A stretch of DNA of 43,387 nucleotides from Octopus sinensis (taxonomy: Eukaryota), in assembly GCF_006345805.1 (NCBI RefSeq), contig NW_021835409.1, forward strand, positions 1 through 43,387, in the 5' to 3' direction. Of the stretch, positions 12,401 through 23,356 are shown piece by piece (position 1 is the stretch's first letter; every line of letters starts with the position of its first letter). The notes under the pieces are model-generated. The model had not been told where the DNA came from. It saw only the letters and a list, made by a program, of their open reading frames with translations, and searched no databases. Made by a program: the position numbers and the translations under genes.

Positions 12401-13482
12401 AGTAGAAAGAATTATTATTATTATTAAGTTGATTAACATGTAATTGACTTGACCCCTCCCCCAAAACCGCTGGTCTTGTACCAAAATTTGAAACCCTTAT
12501 TATTATTATTATTATTATATTATATTATTACTACTATTACTACTTTATTATTATTATCATCATTATTATTCCACCTTGTGTGCATTTTATTTATGGTTGT
12601 TATACAATATCATAGCAACAGCAACACTTCTGGTCTTGGAATCATCATTTATCCATAATTTGAATTAAAAGAAAAGAAAAGAAAAGAAAAATTATTAATA
12701 TAAACAGCATCCATGATATTAGTTAAATTTTTTTTTTTTTTTTGTTAAATAAATTATTAAATTTATATAAATAAATCTTGTTAAAGTGGAATAATTTTTA
12801 GTTGTTTTACAGACTTTAGCTCTGAACAATTCATTATTTTATTAAAAAAGAAAGAATATTATAGCAATATTATTACTGTTATTACTATTATTACCATTAT
12901 TATTATTATTATGAAAAAGGGGAGGATGAAAAATCGCTAATTTTAACAAGAAACCATGTATATCTGCAATGCATAATGCTTTTCATTCTTGAGAGAAATA
13001 AATTTCAAGAATAGTGTCTATCTGTTGTTTTCCTTCCTCTTCTTCTTGTTGTTGTTGTTGTGTAACCCTTTTATAAATTAAATCTGTTGCTGTTTTAAAA
13101 ATAAGGCATGTACATAGTTTGTTTCGGTTTCCCATTTTTATTGTTGTCTTTAATGTTAAAAGATGAGCAGCACACAAACAACATTATGAAGTACATTATC
13201 ATTATCCGGAAGCGAAATTACTATTTATTTGCATAAACACAGAGAAATTACACACACATATATATATTATGATATCATCTGTTCCCTGTGCATGTTTCAC
13301 CATTGCTGTTATTTACACGCGACAGCAGTAGATCTGCAAGATTAATGTGTATTTTGATTATACAATCACATCTGACACAATGGTCTGGTTCTTTTGTTCT
13401 AGTATGTAATATATTAGCAAGGAAATAAATAACCCTTCTACAGAAACATACATGACATATTTAAATAATTCATTCATTGTTG

Positions 13483-13531
<49 letters not shown>

Positions 13532-13534
<3 letters not shown>

Positions 13535-13683
13535 GTTGGTGTTAGGAAGGGCATCCAGCTGTAGAAACACTGCCAGACCAGACTGGAGCCTGATGCAGCC
13601 TCCTGATTTCCCAGAACCCGGCCGAACCGTCCAACCCATGCTAGCATGGAAAACGGATGTTAAACGATGATGATGATGATGAT
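13532..13683 (+). mobile_element. Family C (RTE LINE 3' end) with (GAT)n tail
   Basis: ggaagggcatccagctgtagaaac...ccatgctagcatgg...gttaaacgatgatgat. Confidence 0.9.
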
Positions 13684-13686
13684 ATA

Positions 13687-14199
13687 TAAGAGGTGGTATC
13701 AAAAGGTTACTCGGCTAGTTATGCTTAATAAAAAATAACTTATTTACTTTCGAAATAGTCCCCTTGAATAGTAGTACACTGGTCCCAGCATTCTTGTCAC
13801 TTTTGGAATCCAGCCCGGAACTTGTTTTCTGTTTGTTGAGGACCTTCATGTGATTCGCTCTTGATCTTGTCAATGATGTTAAAATGATGACCTTTAAGCT
13901 GCATTTTCCTCTTGGGGGAAGAGATGGAAGTCCACAGATGTTAAATCTGGTGAATAGGGTGGGTGCGGAAGCGATACCGTGTTGTTTTTGGCAAGAAACT
14001 CACAAGTGAGGAGAGCTTGGTGAAGAATCCAAGTCTTTGCGATCCACAGATCCAGTCATTTTTGCAAAATGTCCTCCTTCAAACCCTTCAAAACATAACA
14101 GTAGAACTTTCAAATGAAGGTCTGGCCCTAGGGAATATTTTCAAGGGTGACACTCATGGCAGGTCTTCCAGATTGTTCATCCTCTTCCGGGGAAGTTCC
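13687..14199 (-). mobile_element. Mariner element 1 (irritans-like), internally deleted, 3' TIR present
   Basis: TA plus agaggtggtatcaaaaggttactcggctag TIR at 13687. Minus-strand pieces GTSPEEDEQSGRPAMSVTLEN, IP*GQT, FYCYVLKGL, KTWILHQ, FLAKNNTVSLPHPPYSPDLTSVDFHLF and GFQK*QECWDQCTTIQGDYFE. Confidence 0.85.
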
Positions 14200-15202
14200 T
14201 GTTGGCCAATTCTGGACGTTTCTCTTGAATTGCTGCTTTTAACTCGTCCAGTTGTGTGTAGCATTTCTCAGAAATAATTATCTGCTTACTGGGGAGAAGC
14301 CCATAGTACAGAATTCCTTTCCAATCCCACCAGACACAAAGCAAGACTTTTTTTAGGGTGAAGACCAGCTTTTGGAGTGGCTAAGAATGGCTCATGTTGC
14401 TTACTTCAGGATCCCTTTCTCTGAACATTTCGATAGATAATCCATTTCTCATCACCTGTCACAATTTGCTTTAAAAAAGGCGTGTTTTCATTCCATTTAT
14501 AAAACGAATCACAGATGGAAATGCGATCCAAAAGGTTCTTCTCACTCAACTCATGTGGTACCCAAACATCATAGCGATTTGTGTACCCAAGCTTTACCAG
14601 GTACTCATGAACGATGGATTTTGATAGGTTGAGGCTTTCTGCCAATTCTCGGGTTGTGCAATGTGGGTTATTTTCAATTAATGACTTGATTTGGTCATCA
14701 TCTGTAATGGATGGTCTGCCTGATTGCTCTTTATCAATATGGCTACAATCTCCAGCTCGGAACCTTGTGAACCACTTCCATACAGTCCTTTTGGATAAAG
14801 AAACATTACTGTAAACTGCACATATTTCTTTGGTTGCTTGTGAGGAATTTTTCCCTTTTTGGAAAAAGAAAAGCATCAAGTGCCGAAAATGAACCCGAAT
14901 AAGTGGAAATCCGAAGGAGCAATATCTGGTGAATATGGAGGGTGGGGTAACACATCCCAGCCGAGCTGCAGCAATTTTTGTCTGGTTCCCAAAGCATCAA
15001 GTGCCAAAAAATTAATTTCTATCTTCCATTTAAGGGTTACAGAATTAACACAGGTTATAGAAACATAAACCTTCTTCCACGAAAAGATAGTTAAACTGTG
15101 CTTTAAATGGAGGGTGTAGTCAAATCCTATTTATGGACTCAACCATGTTCTAAAATAAGGTAAGCTACTATAAATCGGCACGAACTTTCCCGACACCCAA
15201 TA
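14196..15202 (-). mobile_element. Mariner element 2 (Hsmar1/mellifera-like) transposase pseudogene, rearranged, 5' TIR present
   Basis: ORF 14406-14879 contains the HTH, WVPHEL and IVTGDEKW motifs. Past a stop and a frameshift it continues LCVWWDWKGILYY..QLDELKAAIQEKRPELANR. TIR tattgggtgtcgggaaagttcgtgccgattt at 15172-15202. Confidence 0.92.
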
Positions 15203-15250
15203 ATCATATATATATATATATATTATATATATATATATATATACAAACGT

Positions 15251-15322
15251 CTCTGATCATGAATAAATCGTGCTTTTATACATATCTATCTATAATGAAG
15301 CATGATTTATTCATGATCAGAG
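15251..15322. other. 25-bp-arm hairpin with 22-nt loop
   Basis: ctctgatcatgaataaatcgtgctt versus aagcatgatttattcatgatcagag: a single G-T pair, otherwise perfect. Confidence 0.9.
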
Positions 15323-15355
15323 TTGTTCAAAAACCGAGGTACTACTGTATGTATG

Positions 15356-15388
<33 letters not shown>

Positions 15389-16141
15389 TATATATGTACG
15401 TATGCATGTATGTATCCATGTATGCATTTGTAAAGTAAGAGAAAGATGTATAAAAAGAGTGTGTGTGTATGAATGTGTATATATGTATGTGGAATAGATT
15501 ATATATATTTATAGATATATATACTATCACACACACGCACCACAGACAAAGAGAGACAGAGGATGAGAGAGAGAGTGAAATAATTTATTTGCTTTTGTTT
15601 ACATTTGATGATCGGAAAATGGTTTTTCCTACTCTTCCTTTATTTTTCGCCTTTTTTGTTTTTTTTTTGTTGTTTTTTTTTGGGATAAATATGATTTATT
15701 AATACCAAAAACTAATTTCCGAGATAAACTTAACCTAATTTCAGTGCATTATGCCGAAAATTTAAAATAGCTCAAACTCAACTTTGAAATAAATTAGCAA
15801 AGGAAATTTAGCAATCTGAAATTAGTTTTGTTTTCGCCTTTTTGTTTATCAACATCATTATTATTATTATTGTTGTTGTTGTTGTTGCTGTAGCAGTTGT
15901 TGGTATTTTTCTTATCATGAGTAAAGATCCCTGCTTTAAAAATTGTTAATTGATAATTGAAAAAACACATTATTCCTAAAAAAATATTACAAGTTCTTCA
16001 TGTATATCTGTAGGTAAGATAGAAAATATGCCTTCCCCTGTTCTTCTGATCACTCACACAAAATATACGATATTGTGCTTTACCAGTAAAATATAGGACA
16101 AGAGCATTGCATTTCTATAGCATAAAATAGATGAAGATTGC

Positions 16142-16241
16142 TAGGAGTGGCTGTGTGGTAAGTAGCTTGCTTACCAACCACATGGTTCCGGGTTCAGTCC
16201 CACTGCGTGGCACCTTGGGCAAGTGTCTTCTACTATAGCCT
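16142..16241 (+). mobile_element. SINE family B head, truncated by a GAT/GGT repeat
   Basis: ggagtggctgtgtggtaagtagcttgc...gggttcagtccc...ggcaccttgggcaagtgtcttctactatagcct. Confidence 0.9.
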
Positions 16242-16632
16242 TGGTGATGGTGGTGGTGATGATGATGATGATGGTGATGGTGATGACGATGGTGATGATG
16301 ATGGTGATGATAGTGAAGATGATGATGATGATGATGGTGGTGATGGTGGTGATGATGATGATGGTGATGGTGGTGATGATGATGATGGTGATGATGATGA
16401 TGGTGATGATGGTGGTGATGATGATGGTGATGATGATGATGATGGTGATGGTGGTGATGACGATGGTGGTGATGACGATGGTGATGATGATGGTGATGAT
16501 GATGATGGTGATGATGATGGTGAGGATGATGATGGTGATGACAATGGTGATGATGATCATGGTGATGATGATGATGATGATGACGATGATGGTGATGACG
16601 ATGATGATAATGACGATGATGGTGGTGATGAT
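16242..16632. repeat. (GAT/GGT/GAC)n trinucleotide tract
   Basis: Direct reading; the poly-D/G and poly-M/V ORFs are artefacts. Confidence 0.95.
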
Positions 16633-16974
16633 GTATACATATGAGGCACCAGCATTCTCAAACGCTGGATGAAAATTTCTTAAATGCAATAAGGTAAGAA
16701 TTCTACTTTATTTTGCTTTAGATTATTCTATTTCATTGAATTTCATTGGGAATTTTGAAGACTTTCTGTACCTGTATATAAATAAACGAAGAGACAATTC
16801 CTTCGTTTCTTCTGACTAACTTCATTATTATTATTGTTGTTGTTGTTGTTGTTAGAATATACTATACTGAAATCATTTTATTCCTATGGATATATATATA
16901 TATATGTGTGTGTGTGTATAATCAGTAGTTCGCATATCAGAAAAAGAAGTAATGTTTTCGAGTATTATATATTA

Positions 16975-17106
16975 TATATATATAATATTTATACATACAC
17001 ACACACATATATATACATATATATACATATATATACACACATATATATACATATATATATACATATATATATATACACACATATATACACACATATATAT
17101 ATGCAC

Positions 17107-17137
<31 letters not shown>

Positions 17138-17138
17138 T

Positions 17139-17175
<37 letters not shown>

Positions 17176-17630
17176 TATACACACACACATACACATATAT
17201 ATATACACACATACATATATATATATACACACACATACATATATATATATACACACACCAATATATATATATACAACACATACATATATATATATACACA
17301 CATACATATATATATATATATAATATATATATATACACATACATATAAATACCCACACACGCATGTATATATCAATAACAAAATTTCCGCTCTGTTCGAT
17401 CTTAATAACTTGTATTGAGTTATTTTATTGAATCAAGTCTAGTCTTATCTAACTGTTCGATCACACATGCACACACACACATCATATATATTGATATATA
17501 TATATAATATATATATATTATATATATATACATACATATACATATATACATACATATATACATACATATATATATATGTACATATATATATGTATTCTAT
17601 ATACACATATTTATAAATATATATGTACGT
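16975..17630. repeat. Compound TA/CA microsatellites
   Basis: Direct reading; short unique spacer at ~17370-17460. Confidence 0.9.
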
Positions 17631-18649
17631 TTATGCCATATAGATAGTATGATAGATAGATAGTGATACATTACACACACAGTTTCTATTATATAAGAGA
17701 TTATATTCTTCAGTATAATATTTACTATCATGCTATAAAATTTCTTGGTACAGTTTGCTCTTTAAATGCTAGTCTAACTTATCTTGACATTCAAATATCA
17801 AATTTTGGCATTTTAATATTTTATGAATGACCCCTGAATTTCAGTTGAAGCAAGGCCGAAATTAAGGGATTTTTTTTTACTTATTTTCCTCAGAAATCTG
17901 TACTGCTTCTTATTGTTTTCTTACCACAAAAAGAAAAAGAAAATATCTTAAAGATTTTCAGCTCAAAAAAAAAAAAAAAAAAAAAAACACGAAGCAAGAT
18001 TAAATTTTAGTGAATTTTTTCTTCACGGTCCTGTCACAATGAAAAATTTGAAGATACCGGAAATAAGTTTTAACTGTGCCACATTATATTTTCAATCTAT
18101 TTTCTCGACTAAAATGTAAAATCGTAATTTTAGGATAAAAAAAAAAGTTTCTAAAACATTTTTTTTCTGTAAAGTTGTCTGTAAAATTCCTTCTTCGTAG
18201 TTTCATTTACAAATTTATATCTTTTGTGCAGTGTTCAATGTATTTTTATATCTTTCTCAGTTTTTAAAAACTATAGAAAATATTCAGACAATAAATGAAC
18301 AAAGATGTGTGTATCTATGTATAGCTATACACACACACAGATATATAGGTAAAAAAAAAAAAGTTATGTATTGCATTACATGATTAATATTTTCAGAAGC
18401 GATATATATATATATATACTGCATATTTTATCTTCCATATTAATTATTTACAATGTACTCAGCATGCACCAAAGAATTCCTAACACAGATCTAGCAACAA
18501 ATATGCATTTACTGTAGACAATACCAGGTAGCTACAAGAGGTAAATGTGCTCTGCCGGTGCACTACTCAGGATATACCCAAAATACAGTTTAGATTTTAA
18601 ATTTTAAATTTCAAATCTAAACTTTAATTATAACTTATATATTTATATA

Positions 18650-19205
18650 CAGGATGTGATGGATAACTTGTCACCATTATATATTTTTAATTTCACTCAT
18701 GTGCATTGTTTGTTTTTGACTTTATCGACTACACAGTATAGTAGGGTCAGTTGGGCACCGTCAGTGAGAAAAACAGCACCATGACACAATTCTCTCTGCA
18801 ATTTGAAAATGACATGCTATACTGCTTAGTATTCATGCTGGAAGCTCCAATACGAATAGATGGTGAACGCAGAACATCTGGAGATAGTACTGCCTTGGGT
18901 CAAGAGGATGCAAGACCCTATGTCTGGCAGCAGAACTCTGCACCATGCCACACAAGCAAGAGAAGTCTGCGACCACATCACCCCTAACATCTGGCCACCC
19001 CTCATCCCAAGACAGCAACCCCCCTTGATTATTATGTATGAGGCACAGATGAGCAAGGGACCAACAAAACTCCCTATAACACCAAAGATGAACTGAAGGC
19101 AGCATTCACCAACTTAAACAAGGAGACCGTCCAGAAGAGTTGCAGAAGATTCTGAAGTCACCTGGAGGCCCGTGGTTGAAGCCAATGGCAATTTTATTGA
19201 ATAAA
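18650..19205 (+). mobile_element. Tc1/mariner DD37D (maT-like) element, internally deleted pseudogene
   Basis: TA plus caggatgtgatggataacttgtcacc TIR. Fragments RPYVWQQNSAPCHTS, DHITPNIWPP, PLDYY, TNKTPYNTKDELKA, AFTNLNKETVQKSCRRF and VVEANGNFIE*. Confidence 0.8.
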
Positions 19206-19239
19206 TTTATCTATCTATCTCTCCATGCATACATACATA

Positions 19240-19350
19240 CATGGTGTGGTGAATATATTGTCGTCTAAATTACACAAAAATGAAAATAACACTGACATCT
19301 CATTTTCACAGATATATTTACCAAAATTACATAAAAATATCTTGAAATAC
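19240..19350 (-). mobile_element. Terminal fragment of the same maT-like family in opposite orientation
   Basis: TA plus catggtgtggtgaatatattgtcgtc matches the 18650 TIR at about 18/26 in DIRECT orientation. Confidence 0.55.
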
Positions 19351-19538
19351 AGTGTTTGTGAGGAGCACTTTGTGATCCGATGGTTGGAAAAAATAAACAT
19401 AGGAATTCTACATTGTGACAATTAGAAACATAGAGAAATGTAATTTAAGAAAAAGCTATTTTTGTCTTTAATTATTGGTGACGTCATTGGATAACGAAGG
19501 AATAAAAAAAATACATAAGAATTCTATATAATCACAAT

Positions 19539-19728
19539 TCTTTTCTTTTATTCTTTTACTTGTTTCAGTCATTTGACTGCGGCCATGCTGGAGCACCGCC
19601 TTTAGTCGAGCAAATCGACCCCGGGACTTATTCTTTTGCTGAACCGCTAAGTAACGTGGACATAAACACACTAGCATTGGTTGTCAAGCAACGCTAGGGG
19701 GACAAACACAGACACACAAACACACACA

Positions 19729-19770
<42 letters not shown>

Positions 19771-19930
19771 TACGACGGGCTTCTTTCAGTTTCCGTCTCC
19801 CAAATCCACTCACAAGGCTTTGGTCAGCCCGAGGCTATAGTAGAAGACACTTGCCCAAGGTGCCACGCAGTGGGACTGAACCCGGAACCATGTGGTTGGT
19901 TAGCAAGCTACTTACCACGCAGCCACTCCT
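19539..19930 (-). mobile_element. SINE family B, near full length
   Basis: Close reverse-complement match to 40061-40530. Confidence 0.92.
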
Positions 19931-20452
19931 AAGCCTATTATAAACATATGGAAATATAATCTAAAAAGAACTAAACTATTCAGTGCAACAGCTGGGCCAC
20001 AATGGGCCATGTGTCTCCAGTGAACAGAAATAACTCACTAGCCACCACTTTTGTTTCATAATTCTCTCTACATCTGTTTCAGAAGAAAAAAAAAAAAACA
20101 CAAACAAACACACACAAGTACTGAATATTGATGTTTTAAATGTCTGCTGTGTTTTATATATTTTTCTCTCGTTTGTTTTCCTTCTTGCTTTTTGGCTTTT
20201 AATCTCGAACCTTGCTTCATTATATCGTATGAAGTATGTTGTTGTTTCTATCTATTCTGAATTAATTAATTTTAAAACTATTTTCTATTAACATTGGTCT
20301 TATTTTTTTCTTCTTCTTCTTACAGTGGCACTTGACAACATTCCAGGTTTAACATTCAGTGCTTTATTACATAATTAATGTAGGACAGCACTTGTGGTTT
20401 CAACATGGCCACTGTTTCTTCTTCACAACCATCATCAGCATCATCTAATTCA

Positions 20453-21003
20453 TCATCATCATCGTTTAATGTCTGTTTTCCGTGCTAGCATGGGTTGGAC
20501 AGTTCGACCGGGGATCTGGGAAGCCAGGTGACTGCACCAGTCTGATCTGGCAGTGTTTCTACAGCTGGATGCCCTTCCTAACGTCAACCACTCTGTGAGT
20601 GTAGTGAGCGCTTTTCATGTGCAAGAGGAATCTAGTAAACAGCCACGATCGGTTGGTGCTTTTTACGTGCCACTGGCACGGAAGCCAGTCAAAGCGGCGC
20701 TGGCATCAGCCATGCTCAGATGGTGCTTTTTACATGCCACCAGCACAGGTATCACAACTACAATTTCCATTTGATATTTATTTTGATGTTGATGTACTTG
20801 ACTCAATAGGTCTCCTCAAGCACAGCAGGTCACCCTACAATCCAAGGTAAGCACAACAGGCAGTCTTGTGATCCAAGGTACTTTGGATGGGCTGGGGCTG
20901 CTATGTGAAGCTGGTGCAGGAAACAGCTATGAACTCACATTATTTGTCGGGTATTCGCAGTCACAGCATATCTCCAGAGATCTCGGTCTTTCGTCATTGC
21001 CTT
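20453..21003 (-). mobile_element. RTE-clade LINE 3' end: ORF2 C-terminal codons, family C 3' UTR and (GAT)n tail
   Basis: Minus 21000-20935 reads AMTKDRDLWRYAVTANTRQIM*, with an RTE-type DRxxWR terminal motif, and is contiguous with family C sequence ending in gatgatgat. Confidence 0.75.
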
Positions 21004-21444
21004 TATGAAGCCCAACTTTCAAAGTGATCAACAAAAATTTTTTTCTTTTTTCTCTCCCTTTTCTTCCTTTCCTTCTTTTTCTATAACACTCCTTCAGATA
21101 CAAAAGCACACACACACACACACATACACACACACACACATGCACACACACACACATGCTCTCTCTCACTGTCTTCCCATTCATCACCCTCTTGTACTAT
21201 CTTATATCTCTCCCCAACATACACAATAATACTATAAAAAGGGTCAAAATTCCTGCAATTTGAAGACTCCACTAGAATGGACGACAGCGCTAATATATGA
21301 TATATGATGTATAAAAACATGTAACATACAAATAAATATCTGTAAATATAAAACCATCCGAATTTCTGAGTACCTCATTTCTTCTAATATATATTACCTG
21401 TACATCATCTCCAAACCTTCTAATATATATATAAATATACATAT

Positions 21445-21652
21445 AAAGTTAATGCAAACATGAAAGCACAAAAAAACACAACAACGCGAGGACATGGAAC
21501 AAATATAGTATTATTGGACGCTCAGGAAGGAAGGAAAGAAGGAGGGTTTAACGTTTCGAGCGGAGCTCTTCATCGGAAACATAGGAGATGGAAAGATCCA
21601 GAGAAGGGAAGACAGAGGAAAAAAAATCACCAACGGTACACACACGGTCACA
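21445..21652 (-). mobile_element. Penelope-like terminal-repeat fragment with variant hammerhead motif (21546-21580)
   Basis: Minus strand reads gttt CCGATGA a gagc tcc gctc GAAA CG TT aaac. Flank ttcctgagcgtcc resembles ttcctgagcgcc of the 9345 family. Confidence 0.65.
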
Positions 21653-21682
21653 CATATATATCTGTGTATAAACATCACCATC

Positions 21683-21860
21683 ATTTAATGTCCATTATCC
21701 ATGCTGGCTTGGTTTAGACGGTTAGACACGAGCTGGTCAGCTAGAGAACTGCCCAGGTCCCAATTGTCTGTTTCAGCATAGTTTCTACAGCTGGATGCCC
21801 TTCCTAATGCCAACCACTTTACAGAAAGTCCTGGGTGCTTTTACACAGTACTGGCATCTG
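21683..21860 (-). mobile_element. Family C, diverged
   Basis: catcatttaatgtcc...gtttctacagctggatgcccttcctaatgccaaccac. Confidence 0.8.
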
Positions 21861-21970
21861 TACCCAGAAGCCTGCAAGATTACTAAGATCACTCAGCTGA
21901 AATGGGTGTATATGTGTATATGTATATATCTATATATGTGAGTGAATATGTATATTTCCATATTAATATG

Positions 21971-22009
<39 letters not shown>

Positions 22010-22140
22010 AGTCAGTTGATGAGCTCCACTACCTCAAATGTTCTTAAAATTTAAATCCACATCTTTGTTTATGTATCTACCTTCTCTATAATGTTGCCAC
22101 TTGATATGAAAATTTTTGTATTAATGGAAAACCTTTATAA

Positions 22141-22226
22141 TTGGCTGATGAGTGCTCAGCATTTTAAAACTGCTGTAATACTTACAACATTTAATAAAAT
22201 GATGTAGTACGAAACGGTCGTACCAA
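22141..22226 (+). ncRNA. Type I hammerhead-ribozyme-like motif, canonical core, long branched loop II
   Basis: ttgg CTGATGA gtgct [49 nt] agtac GAAA cg gt cg TA ccaa. All three helices pair; predicted cleavage triplet GUA, cutting after 22222. Confidence 0.6.
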
Positions 22227-22258
22227 ATTACCGGAGTCATTCTTGTTGCTTATTTTGA

Positions 22259-22303
<45 letters not shown>

Positions 22304-22310
22304 TATATAT

Positions 22311-22345
<35 letters not shown>

Positions 22346-22386
22346 CACACACACACACATATATATATATATACACATACATATAT

Positions 22387-22746
22387 GTGCTTGTGGCACG
22401 TAAAAAGCACCAGTTGAGTGTGATTATTACCAGTGTCACCTTACTGGCACTTCTGCCGGTGTCATGTGCACAGTGCCGCTGGACTGGCTCCTATGCAGGT
22501 GGCATATAAAAAACACCATTTGAGCATGGCTATTGCCAGTACTGTTTGACTGGCCCTCGTGCCGGTGGCATGTAAAAGCACCCACTACATTCTCGGAGTG
22601 GTTGGCATTAGGAAAGGCATCCAGCTGTAGAAACTCTGCCAGATCAAGATTGGAGCCTGATGCAGCCGTCTGGTTCGCCAGTCCTCAGTCAAATCGTCCA
22701 ACCCATGCTAGCAAGGAGAGCGGACGTTAAATGTTGATGATGATGA
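22387..22746 (+). mobile_element. Family C (RTE 3' end)
   Basis: gtggcacgtaaaaagcacc...ggcatccagctgtagaaac...ggacgttaaatgttgatgatgat. Confidence 0.9.
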
Positions 22747-22946
22747 TACATACATACATCATATCATATATATATATATATATATACATACACACACTCA
22801 TACATATATATCTATGTAAATATATATATGCATATATCTATATTTATATCTATGTAAGTATATACACACAAACACACACACACTTATAATATAAAATTGA
22901 TAATTACATATATATATATGTAAATATTTATATCTATATGTATGTA

Positions 22947-22987
<41 letters not shown>

Positions 22988-23356
22988 TTACACACACACA
23001 CACCTATAATATAAAATAGACAATCATGTCTTTCTCCATTTAGATTTTTTTCTCTCAAAATTACCTGTTTTATCATCTTCATTTGAATTTCTGTCACTAA
23101 TTGTTGTTGTTGCTTTGAGAAAATTAAATATTTATTTCCAAAGAGGAAAGAATTACAATGTAAAGAATGAGTTGTGCAACATACTAAATTTATGTCCATC
23201 AGTGATGTCATCATAATCGTCGTCATGGCGATAGTTGTGGTTGTTGTCGTTGTTGTTGTTCCAGCTGTTTTCTTGATGGTATTGCTCAGCTGTAATTGAG
23301 CAGAATTATGGTGACACCTATTCTGGCTGTGACTACCAAGTCTCCTACTTCTTTAT

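Noticed and set aside
13205-13234. CCGGAAG plus ATTTGCAT octamer
   Set aside because: Short motifs without a downstream snRNA or any GC/CpG enrichment.
20395-20440. Minus-strand CTGATGA...GAAAC
   Set aside because: No stem II or stem I pairing, so not a hammerhead.
20404-20490. Kozak-like caacATGG ORF MATVSSSQPSSASSNSSSS
   Set aside because: Runs into the (CAT)n tail of an antisense family C copy and stops after 27 codons.
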